DNA from: Candidatus Heimdallarchaeota archaeon
Lineage (GTDB): Archaea > Asgardarchaeota > Heimdallarchaeia > Heimdallarchaeales > Heimdallarchaeaceae
Assembly (NCBI GenBank): GCA_021399345.1
Contig: JAAFKI010000113.1
Span: forward strand, 1 to 14,960
Length of the DNA: 14,960 bases
Direction: 5' to 3'
The position numbers were made by a program, and so were the translations under genes. The notes under the pieces were generated by a model. That model saw nothing but the letters and a program-made list of their open reading frames with translations, made no database searches and was not told the origin of the DNA. This document shows, piece by piece, positions 1-8,054 of the stretch (the stretch's first letter is position 1; every line of letters begins with the position of its first letter).

Positions 1-1
1 C

Positions 2-24
2 TTATAGGATTAAATTTCCTATAA
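2..24. promoter_or_regulatory. Perfect 8-bp inverted repeat TTATAGGA-N7-TCCTATAA upstream of the hydrolase gene
   Basis: Arms at 2-9 and 17-24 are exact reverse complements and end 10 nt before the GTG at 35. Function (operator or hairpin) is inferred. Confidence 0.4.
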
Positions 25-34
25 TTGTTGAGAA

Positions 35-862
35 GTGGTAGTTTTGGAAAACAAATATGCGCAGAATTTGGAAATTTATAATGATTCTCCTGTTTGTATT
101 TTGATTTTTCATGGACTATCTGGTACTCCTATTGAGATGAGACATCTAGCAGAATCGTTTTCGAAACAAGGATATGATGTATTCGTACCAATAATACCTT
201 ATCATGGAATTTCTTTTGACCATCTTCTTGAGCTAAAAGACCCCACAGAAATTTATGAATGGGGAAAGGCATTAATTTTTCAAAAAAAACAAGAATATGA
301 TAAGCTTATTGTTCTTGGGTTCTCATTAGGAGCAGGGATTACTTTTGTAGCTGAGACTAGTAATCCAACAGCTGATGCTTACATTGGGATAAGCACTGGT
401 GGAATATTCTCTTGGATGTTAAGATTGTTCTCTTTTGTCTATAGGTTCATAAAAATTAAATCAATTCCTTTTTCTTTACCAAGTGACTACGACAAAACAT
501 TGGTTGATGAAGAATATCTAGAATGGAAAATGGAAAATATGAATAAAATGCCAATGAGTGTTTTGGTACATGCAGTTCGTCATTCCAAGCATTTGAAGAA
601 GGTAGTTAAGAAATTAGTTACACCTGTTCTAATCATTAATGGAGTCAAAGACTTGACAACTAGTAAGAAAGCTACTATTTATGTTGTTAAAAATGCCTCC
701 TCAAAAATAAGGAAAGGATTTCTTGTGAAGGGTGGTGGTCATTTGCTCCTGAGTACTGGATTTTTTGACATTATTTTTGAAGAAATAATAACTTTCATCC
801 ATCAAGTCCTGGAAAATGACCAAAAAGAAGTTGAATATCTAGGAGAACTCACTTTTAAATAG
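35..862 (+). CDS. Alpha/beta hydrolase (carboxylesterase/monoacylglycerol lipase-like)
   Basis: Oxyanion motif FHGLSG, nucleophile elbow GFSLG (GxSxG), acid in NGVKD and His in GGGH give a complete Ser-Asp-His triad. The GTG start is uncertain. Confidence 0.9.
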   Translation: MVVLENKYAQNLEIYNDSPVCILIFHGLSGTPIEMRHLAESFSKQGYDVFVPIIPYHGISFDHLLELKDPTEIYEWGKALIFQKKQEYDKLIVLGFSLGAGITFVAETSNPTADAYIGISTGGIFSWMLRLFSFVYRFIKIKSIPFSLPSDYDKTLVDEEYLEWKMENMNKMPMSVLVHAVRHSKHLKKVVKKLVTPVLIINGVKDLTTSKKATIYVVKNASSKIRKGFLVKGGGHLLLSTGFFDIIFEEIITFIHQVLENDQKEVEYLGELTFK

Positions 863-895
863 ATGAATTTACATTTTCAACGAATTTTTCTTACT

Positions 896-946
896 TTGTG
901 TTAAAACTAACACAAGAATAGTTAATACATCAAGAATAGTATACAT
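896..946. promoter_or_regulatory. Inverted repeat TTGTGTTA-N4-TAACACAA followed by an imperfect tandem direct repeat
   Basis: IR arms at 896-903 and 908-915. Direct repeat CAAGAATAGTTAATACAT (913-930) and CAAGAATAGTATACAT (931-946), just upstream of the first DUF3160 gene. Confidence 0.45.
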
Positions 947-962
947 TAGCTAAAAAACAGGG

Positions 963-3152
963 ATGTTAAAGGTAATGTTCAGTAAGAAAATCATTGTAAT
1001 TGCAAGCACTAGTTTGTGTGGTGTTCTTGCTATAACGGGTCTTTTGATTTCTCTACCTTATATTATGAATCCAAGGGAAAAAATAGATTTTCACCCAGAT
1101 CCACTGCTAGCTGGAACAGCATCTACTTATCAAATCAAAGAAACAGTTAGTACTTCGTTTGGTTCTTATTCTCCTCTTCATATTGATATTACACCCAATA
1201 TAAAACCAACAATAATTAGTAATAATTTGGGAAATGTGGACAAACAAGGCTTAGAAGTTACACCCCAGATGAAGGAATTCTTAGAAACGTATGGTTTTGT
1301 AATTGTTGATGAGGGATATGAAGATATCTATCAAATTTATGATGGAAAAGAAATTCCTAAGTTTATAACTACCGATTTATGCTTGCATGCTTATCATGTT
1401 CTTTATGATATTAGTTTGAGAATTTTAGAAGGAGAAAGATTCTTCTTTGATTTTGAAACTATGTTGCTAGCTCTTCGAGGTGCACAAATTACTCTTAACT
1501 CAACAGTTACAGAGTCTACAGTACATGAAGCATTGAACAAAAATATTGCCTATCTCTCTGTTATGCTTTATCTTCTTAATGAGACTAATACAATTCCAGT
1601 AGAAGTTGAAGCATTAACAATTGCAGAACTTAACTTGATGAATGATAGCGTAAGAGACTACTCAGCTATATTTGGATATGAGGAAGATTATACTCAGTAT
1701 AAAGTAAGGGGGCATTATACTAGAAATGAACTTCTAGGGAATTATTTCAAAGCTATGATGTATGCTGGAAGAATGAGTTTTCTTACCCAAAGTCCTTGGG
1801 GAGAACCAGAAATGGGCATCAACCATACAAGAATGGCACTTCTACTTATTTCAAGTTTCAATGAGACAATTTCAACTTCTAATGTTTGGGAATATTGGGA
1901 TCGTCTTTATGAACCAACTGTCTTTTATGTTGGTGCAAGTGATGATCTCACTGCTGAGGAATATTATCAAATATGGCAAAATAATGGTGCCCCTTCTGGT
2001 GATGCATTGTCAGAAAGAGGTTTAATTGAAGTAATAATCGAGGAGATTCAATCTCATAGAAAACCAAAAATCAACTCTATGTTTGTTTATGATGATCAAG
2101 AAGTAGGAAATGTCACACAGGGATTCAGATTTATGGGTCAACGATTTATTCCTGATTCCTATATTTTCCAACAACTTGTCCATAATGAGGTATATAACAG
2201 ACTTATGCCTACCGGATTAGATGTTTTTTCTGTTTTTGGAAGCCCTAGAGCTGATTATTTTATGGAAAATGAAAACCAGCTTTATCCAGGATATGATGAC
2301 CAAATAAACAAACTCAGAAAGGAATTTGGCAATCTAACAGATTATGATTGGACGCAAAATCTATATTGGCTGTGGTTGTTTTCACTCTTCCCACTACTTG
2401 ATCCAGCTTCCGAAGGATATCCTGGATTTATGCTTAGTGATGCATGGACTGACAAATCCCTAATGACAGCTTCAAGCTCTTGGGCAGAATTAAGACATGA
2501 TACAATTCTTTATGCTAAACAGTCCTATACTGTGGAAAAAAGCATTCCAAAGACATATCCTGGTTATGTTGAGCCCTATCCTGAAGTTTATGCGAGACTT
2601 GCTAGTTTGGTAAGACTGATGATAAGCGGATTAAGCGAAAGAGGTTTACTCCTTGAAAGCTTTGCTCTCAAACTTACAGAAATAGCAGATGTCTTTGAAA
2701 ATCTTCAGATAATTAGCATCAAAGAACTAGAAAATGTTCCATTAACTGATCAAGATATTGGTTATATAAATAACGTTGCAATGAATATAGAAAGTCTAGC
2801 AAGTTATGATGATCCAGAGTATGAAGAATGGGTTAGTACTGCTGATGATAGGATGGCAGTAGTTGCTGATGTACATACTGACCCAAATACAGGAATGGTC
2901 TTAGAGGTGGGAACTGGAAATCCTTTTGTTATCTATGTAATCGTTCAAGATAACCGAGGAAATCTTAGATTGGCAAGAGGAGGAACCTTTTCCTACTACG
3001 AATTTGAACAACCTATGACAGAAAGATTAACCGATGAAGAATGGCAGGATATGTTAGATAATAATCCACCATCTTTACCTGAATGGATGCTTATCACAAT
3101 ACCTTTGGCCTCTGTAAATGTTGTTCCGCAAGTATCAAGGAAAGAAAATTAG
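963..3152 (+). CDS. DUF3160 domain protein, N-terminally membrane-anchored (copy 1)
   Basis: Family motifs FITTDLCLHAYH, YKVRGHYT, GQRFIPDS, SWAELRHDTILYAKQSY, GYVEPYPE, VADVHT, FSYYEF and LTDEEW. N-terminal hydrophobic helix after KK; many N-x-S/T sequons. The start may instead be ATG 975. Confidence 0.88.
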   Translation: MLKVMFSKKIIVIASTSLCGVLAITGLLISLPYIMNPREKIDFHPDPLLAGTASTYQIKETVSTSFGSYSPLHIDITPNIKPTIISNNLGNVDKQGLEVTPQMKEFLETYGFVIVDEGYEDIYQIYDGKEIPKFITTDLCLHAYHVLYDISLRILEGERFFFDFETMLLALRGAQITLNSTVTESTVHEALNKNIAYLSVMLYLLNETNTIPVEVEALTIAELNLMNDSVRDYSAIFGYEEDYTQYKVRGHYTRNELLGNYFKAMMYAGRMSFLTQSPWGEPEMGINHTRMALLLISSFNETISTSNVWEYWDRLYEPTVFYVGASDDLTAEEYYQIWQNNGAPSGDALSERGLIEVIIEEIQSHRKPKINSMFVYDDQEVGNVTQGFRFMGQRFIPDSYIFQQLVHNEVYNRLMPTGLDVFSVFGSPRADYFMENENQLYPGYDDQINKLRKEFGNLTDYDWTQNLYWLWLFSLFPLLDPASEGYPGFMLSDAWTDKSLMTASSSWAELRHDTILYAKQSYTVEKSIPKTYPGYVEPYPEVYARLASLVRLMISGLSERGLLLESFALKLTEIADVFENLQIISIKELENVPLTDQDIGYINNVAMNIESLASYDDPEYEEWVSTADDRMAVVADVHTDPNTGMVLEVGTGNPFVIYVIVQDNRGNLRLARGGTFSYYEFEQPMTERLTDEEWQDMLDNNPPSLPEWMLITIPLASVNVVPQVSRKEN

Positions 3153-3200
3153 CCAAAAAGTAAAAATATGTAATAATAATACTGTATACAATAGATTAAT

Positions 3201-5411
3201 TTGGGATTTATCATGTTGGTACTGGATAAAAAGATGAAAATTATTGTTGCTTCAGGCATTATCACAATTTTGATTGCAGCAAGTTTGGGAATTGTTCTTC
3301 CCATAGTTATTAATCCAAAGATGACAATAAACTGGAATCCAGATCCTCTAATTGATGAAACTGCATCCACTTATCAAATCAAGGATTCAGTTCTAACATC
3401 CTTTGGTTCTTATAATCCACTTCACCTAGATTATGCACCTTCAATCGAACCTACTTTAATAAAGAGCAATATAGGGAATGTTGATAAGCAAGATTTGTAT
3501 ATCTCCTCGAACATCAAACAATTGTTAGAAAATTATGGTTTCGCTATTGTAGATGAAGGTTTTGAAGACATCTATAAGATTTATTCTGGAACGGAAATCC
3601 CCAAGTTTATTACCACAGATCTATGTCTACATGCTTATCATGTTCTATACGATATTAGTTTAAGAATTCTTGAAGCGGAAAGATTTTTTTCAGATTTTGA
3701 AACAATGTTGTTAGCGCTTCGTAACGATCAAGTCTCTCTAAACACAACAGTTTCAGAAGTTTCAGTTCATGAAGCATTAAACAAAAACATAGCTTACTTA
3801 TCTGTTATGCTTCATCTTCTTAATGAGACTAATACCATACCTTCAGAAGTGGAATCTCTTACTCTTGCTGAGTTGAATTTGATTAATAATACTATGATGA
3901 ATCCTTCAGCAATCTTTGGATATATGGAAGACTATACTCAATACATAGTAAGAGGGCATTATACTCGAAATGAAATTTTAGCAAATTATTTCCTAGCTAT
4001 GATGTATGCTGGAAGAATGAGTTTTCTAACTCCAAGCCCTGAAGGAGATCCTGCCATGGGTATCGAACAAACTAGGATGGCATTACTTCTAATCTCGAGT
4101 TTCAATAAGACAATTTCGACTTCCAATGTTTGGGAATATTGGGATCGTATTTACGAGCCAACTGTTTTTTATGTAGGGGAAAGTGATGACCTTACAGCTG
4201 AAGAATATTATCAGATTTGGCAAAATAGTGGTGCTCCGGAAGGGGATTTGTTAGCAAACGATACTACAATTGAAGGAATAGTTGAAGAGATAAAAACATA
4301 TAGAAGACCAAAAATAAATTCGATGTTTGTCTATGAGGATCAAGAAGTTGAAGAAGTTACTCTAGGATTTCGGTTAATGGGACAAAGATTCATTCCTGAT
4401 TCGTATATTTTTCAACAATTAGTTCACGACAAAGTAGAGGACAGAAAAATGCCAACAGGTTTGGATGTGTTTTCTGTTTTTGGTAGTCCGAGAGCGGATT
4501 ATTATATGGAAAATGAAAGTCAACTTTATCCTGGATATGGTGGTCAAATACTTAAACTACGAGCAGAATTTAATAATTTAACAGATTACGATTGGACTCA
4601 AAATCTATATTGGTTGTGGTTGTATTCTTTCTTTCCATTATTAGAACCTGCTTTAGAAGGTTATCCTGGATTCATGTTGAATGATGCGTGGTCTGATAAA
4701 GCGCTAATGACGGCAATGGGTTCATGGGCTGAGTTAAGACATGATACGATTTTGTATGCTAAACAATCTTATACAATAGTACCCACAGGGGGACCAGCAC
4801 CAAAAATTCCGAAAGGTTATATTGAACCTTATCCGGAAGTATATTCTCGTCTTGCTGCTTTAGTACGTTTAATGCAAAACGGTCTTGAATCAAGGGGTCT
4901 TCTAGCAGATAGTTTTAGTTACAAATTAGAAACAATAGCTGATGTTTTTGAAAAGTTAACAGAACTTAGTATAAAGGAATTACAAAATGAACAACTTACA
5001 GACGATGATATTTACTATATCAATAGAGTAGCGGAATATATAGAGGAAGCTGCAAGTTATGAAGATCCAGAATATGATCCTTGGACTAGTGCTGCTGATG
5101 ATAGAATGGCTGTAATAGCAGATGTTCATACTAATCCTGATCCTGACTACAAAGAGGTCTTAGAAGTGGGAGTGGGTAATCCTTTTGTTATATATGTTGT
5201 AGTTCAAGACCATCGAGGCAATCTTCGATTAACTAAAGGTGCAACCTTTTCCTATTATGAATTCATTCATCCTATGGAAAATAGATTAACAGATGAAGGA
5301 TGGCAGGATATGCTAGACAATGACCCGCCACAATTGCCTGAATGGATACTTCTCTCAATACCTTTGGTTTCTGTAAGTGTTATGCCAACAATGTCTAGTA
5401 AAGAGAAATAA
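3201..5411 (+). CDS. DUF3160 domain protein, N-terminally membrane-anchored (copy 2, tandem paralog)
   Basis: Collinear with copy 1 over its full length, with the same motifs. The listed start is TTG; ATG 3213 or 3234 is more likely. Confidence 0.88.
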   Translation: MGFIMLVLDKKMKIIVASGIITILIAASLGIVLPIVINPKMTINWNPDPLIDETASTYQIKDSVLTSFGSYNPLHLDYAPSIEPTLIKSNIGNVDKQDLYISSNIKQLLENYGFAIVDEGFEDIYKIYSGTEIPKFITTDLCLHAYHVLYDISLRILEAERFFSDFETMLLALRNDQVSLNTTVSEVSVHEALNKNIAYLSVMLHLLNETNTIPSEVESLTLAELNLINNTMMNPSAIFGYMEDYTQYIVRGHYTRNEILANYFLAMMYAGRMSFLTPSPEGDPAMGIEQTRMALLLISSFNKTISTSNVWEYWDRIYEPTVFYVGESDDLTAEEYYQIWQNSGAPEGDLLANDTTIEGIVEEIKTYRRPKINSMFVYEDQEVEEVTLGFRLMGQRFIPDSYIFQQLVHDKVEDRKMPTGLDVFSVFGSPRADYYMENESQLYPGYGGQILKLRAEFNNLTDYDWTQNLYWLWLYSFFPLLEPALEGYPGFMLNDAWSDKALMTAMGSWAELRHDTILYAKQSYTIVPTGGPAPKIPKGYIEPYPEVYSRLAALVRLMQNGLESRGLLADSFSYKLETIADVFEKLTELSIKELQNEQLTDDDIYYINRVAEYIEEAASYEDPEYDPWTSAADDRMAVIADVHTNPDPDYKEVLEVGVGNPFVIYVVVQDHRGNLRLTKGATFSYYEFIHPMENRLTDEGWQDMLDNDPPQLPEWILLSIPLVSVSVMPTMSSKEK

Positions 5412-5412
5412 C

Positions 5413-5435
5413 TCTTTTTCTTTTTCTATTATTTT
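5413..5435 (+). terminator. Putative archaeal-type T-rich terminator
   Basis: CTCTTTTTCTTTTTCTATTATTT directly after the stop at 5411. Confidence 0.45.
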
Positions 5436-5487
5436 GAAATTTTAACAAATAATATATATGATGTTTGTATGATTAAGGTAACAAGTA

Positions 5488-6174
5488 GTGTACAAAAACT
5501 ATGAGGAACCTCATTTGGAGAAGAACGAACTACTGACGAAAATCCAGAGTAAAATACCTAATTTTAGAGATTTGGCTATTTTTAATCAGAGTTATATCCG
5601 TCCTAGTGTTATCTATCGGTCAGCCTCCCCTATAGAACATCAAACCCCAGAATTACTGCAAGATTTCAAAGATTTGGGGATTAAAAGCATAATTGATTTA
5701 AGATCAGCAGTAGAAATTGGTTATGCTTCATATAATGATGACTTTGTTAATAGCTTCAATTATTATTGGGTTCATATCGATATATCTATGCCCCCAGAGG
5801 TACTTCTAAGGGAAAGAAAAACTGAATTATCATTCTACAAGCAATTCTGTTGGTATACTCTATACTACAACAAAGCACAAATTCGAAGAATTTTCAATAT
5901 TTTATCTCAAGAAGAAAATTATTCGACTATCATTCATTGTTTTGCAGGAAGAGACAGGACTGGTATAACTTCATGTTTGATATTATTACTATTAAATGCC
6001 CCTGAACCAAATATTATCCAAGATTATCTTGAAACTGATGAATATACTTTAAGTGAAGATATGGAATATATTTTTGACAAAGTAGAAGAAGAAGGTGGAA
6101 TAAAGAAATATCTTGTAAGTTGTGGTTTGCAGGAAGATACTTTGGAGAGAATGATAACTCAACTTCGCCCATGA
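5488..6174 (+). CDS. Cys-dependent tyrosine/dual-specificity phosphatase (Y_phosphatase3; PtpB/LipA/IphP-like)
   Basis: NFRDL, IYRS and IIDLRS motifs, P-loop HCFAGRDRTG (HCxxGxDRTG) and a downstream IIQDY motif. GTG start. Confidence 0.9.
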   Translation: MYKNYEEPHLEKNELLTKIQSKIPNFRDLAIFNQSYIRPSVIYRSASPIEHQTPELLQDFKDLGIKSIIDLRSAVEIGYASYNDDFVNSFNYYWVHIDISMPPEVLLRERKTELSFYKQFCWYTLYYNKAQIRRIFNILSQEENYSTIIHCFAGRDRTGITSCLILLLLNAPEPNIIQDYLETDEYTLSEDMEYIFDKVEEEGGIKKYLVSCGLQEDTLERMITQLRP

Positions 6175-6239
6175 TACTCATTATTCTTTTAACCCTTCCA
6201 AAAGAGTTATTTTAAAGCTTTTAAACACCTATCTATCAT

Positions 6240-7631
6240 TTGTATTTGGATGTTAAATTCATGGAAGATTTAAGAGATGAACCTGGAGTCTTATCTGATG
6301 AAGCCATAATTAAGCATCCTGATATCTCTTTCAAAATGAAATCACTAATCCTATTAATTTCAGTTTTTGGAACCGCTGCTAGAATGATTGGGAGAATGTT
6401 TATAGAAATATATGCTGTTATTATTGGTTCATCTGCAACAGCCATAGCATTCATAACCTCAATCAGGAATTTAATGTCACTTGCATTCCAATCATCATTT
6501 GGAAGAATTTCAGATTTCTTAGGAAGAAAAACACTAATTCTTATAGGTCTTTTTGGGGGTGGTGTAACTCTAGCATTAATCCCTTTTATTAGAAATGAAT
6601 GGATCCTAGTATTAGGAGTCTTCTTCTTTTCTCTTTGTTTTGCAATTTATTCCCCCTCTTTTACTGCGATGATTGGAGACTTAACTAATAAGAAGAATCG
6701 GGCAAGTCTTTTCAGTCTATTAACACTAGTTGGTTCTTTAGGATCATTGATTGGTTTATTGTCATTAGGTGAAGCAAGTAATTTTGTAGGGATTCATTTT
6801 CTAGAATATGCATCTAATAGTCTGTTGAATTTAGGTAAGTACTCACTAAGTCATTATAAATTGGGATTTGGAGCTGAAACTGACTACATTAGCAGAATTC
6901 AACATGATCAATATTCTATTATTCTATACTCTGCAGCTTGCCTTTTTGCATTTGCTGGAATAGTTGCTGCATTCTTAACTAATCCCCCAACAGAGAAACT
7001 TGAAGAAGGACCTGTCTTATCTTTTACACCTCTAAGAGAAAATAAACGTTTTCGAAATTTTATAATTATTGGTTCTGTTATGGGATTTGCTATGTCATTA
7101 GGTTGGCCCATTTTCCCATTTGTTAGAGGAAAATTCGCTTCAGCTCGAGAAAACACTTGGATATGGGCTGCATTCAGTGTTTCCATGATGATTACTTTGC
7201 TAATTACTCGTCCATTTATAGATAAAATTAAGCGGAAATGGACATTATTTGTTGGAAGAGCTATAATGTTTTTCATCCCCTTAAATCTAGCAATAACAGT
7301 AATGTATGTTCAAACTTGGTGGCATATGGCGATTGGTGCAGCTGTAAGTGGTTTTGGAAATTCGTTCTATATGGTCGCAGAGAGTAGCTACATACTAGAT
7401 TGTGCCCCCGAAAACGAAAAGGGGACTTATACAGGTCTTTTCTATATGTTTCTAGGAATAACAACTTTTTTGGGTTCTCTTCTTTCTGGAATCTTAGCAG
7501 ATGTCGTAGAAAACTACATTGGTGAATTGGAAACTATAGTTTTGTTTCTCTGGATAATTGTAGGTGTAAGATTTACTGCATCTTTAGGTTTCCTATTCCT
7601 AAAGGAACCTATGAGCGAAAAGAATGGTTAG
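6240..7631 (+). CDS. MFS transporter
   Basis: Motif A GRISDFLGRK and second-half PFIDKIKRK, with about 12 hydrophobic segments. The listed start is TTG; ATG 6261 is an alternative. Confidence 0.92.
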   Translation: MYLDVKFMEDLRDEPGVLSDEAIIKHPDISFKMKSLILLISVFGTAARMIGRMFIEIYAVIIGSSATAIAFITSIRNLMSLAFQSSFGRISDFLGRKTLILIGLFGGGVTLALIPFIRNEWILVLGVFFFSLCFAIYSPSFTAMIGDLTNKKNRASLFSLLTLVGSLGSLIGLLSLGEASNFVGIHFLEYASNSLLNLGKYSLSHYKLGFGAETDYISRIQHDQYSIILYSAACLFAFAGIVAAFLTNPPTEKLEEGPVLSFTPLRENKRFRNFIIIGSVMGFAMSLGWPIFPFVRGKFASARENTWIWAAFSVSMMITLLITRPFIDKIKRKWTLFVGRAIMFFIPLNLAITVMYVQTWWHMAIGAAVSGFGNSFYMVAESSYILDCAPENEKGTYTGLFYMFLGITTFLGSLLSGILADVVENYIGELETIVLFLWIIVGVRFTASLGFLFLKEPMSEKNG

Positions 7632-7681
7632 AAATTATTGCACAGTATATTGAAATTTCTGAGTATTAGAAAGATAATTAA

Positions 7682-7978
7682 ATGTTCGTTGTTTATTTAG
7701 TGTCGGATATGGCATTCAAGAAGAACGATAAAACTGACTACAGACGCGACAGGTCTTATGATGATGAATTGAATCTAAATGTCAAAGGACATTTTACAAG
7801 ACATTCTCTAGAACTTAGGGAATTAGAAGTTCAATCTAGAGAATACCAAAGACTAGCAGAGAAACTATTGAGAGAGGGGCAAGTAACAGCTGTAAAGGAA
7901 GTTAACAAGAAAAGAGCTGAGTGTATGAAAAGAATATTTGAACTTAGGGAAATCGTTCTAAAACTTCAAGATTCATGA
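7682..7978 (+). CDS. Small helical protein resembling the PspA/Vipp1/ESCRT-III alpha1-alpha2 hairpin
   Basis: Fills an intergenic gap; charged coiled-coil pattern. EYQRLAEKLLREGQVTAVKEVNKKR resembles the PspA-family W-x-x-x-A-x-x-A-L-x-x-G-x-E-D-L-A-R-x-A-L-x-x-K turn. Start probably ATG 7709. The CDS is fairly secure; the family call is tentative. Confidence 0.55.
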   Translation: MFVVYLVSDMAFKKNDKTDYRRDRSYDDELNLNVKGHFTRHSLELRELEVQSREYQRLAEKLLREGQVTAVKEVNKKRAECMKRIFELREIVLKLQDS

Positions 7979-8054
7979 ATTTTTTCGTTAATTGGATATA
8001 TTTATTATCAACCTTGATGAATTTAGCTTTAGAATTATATTCAAGTGATAAATT

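Noticed and set aside
3150-3200. In-frame TAG between the two DUF3160 genes, suggesting pyrrolysine readthrough or a fusion
   Set aside because: The same frame contains TAA TAA TAA and another TAG before copy 2, which also has its own N-terminal anchor.
3149-3370. Minus-strand 73 aa ORF
   Set aside because: Antisense shadow of DUF3160 copy 2 with no motif.
1751-4027. Gene conversion suggested by a 33-nt identical run (1751-1783 vs 3995-4027)
   Set aside because: It encodes the conserved Met-rich AMMYAGRMSF with low codon degeneracy, so it is explainable without conversion.
6236-7464. Minus-strand ORFs 6236-6454, 6908-7276 and 7273-7464
   Set aside because: Antisense to the well-supported MFS gene, with no recognisable motifs.
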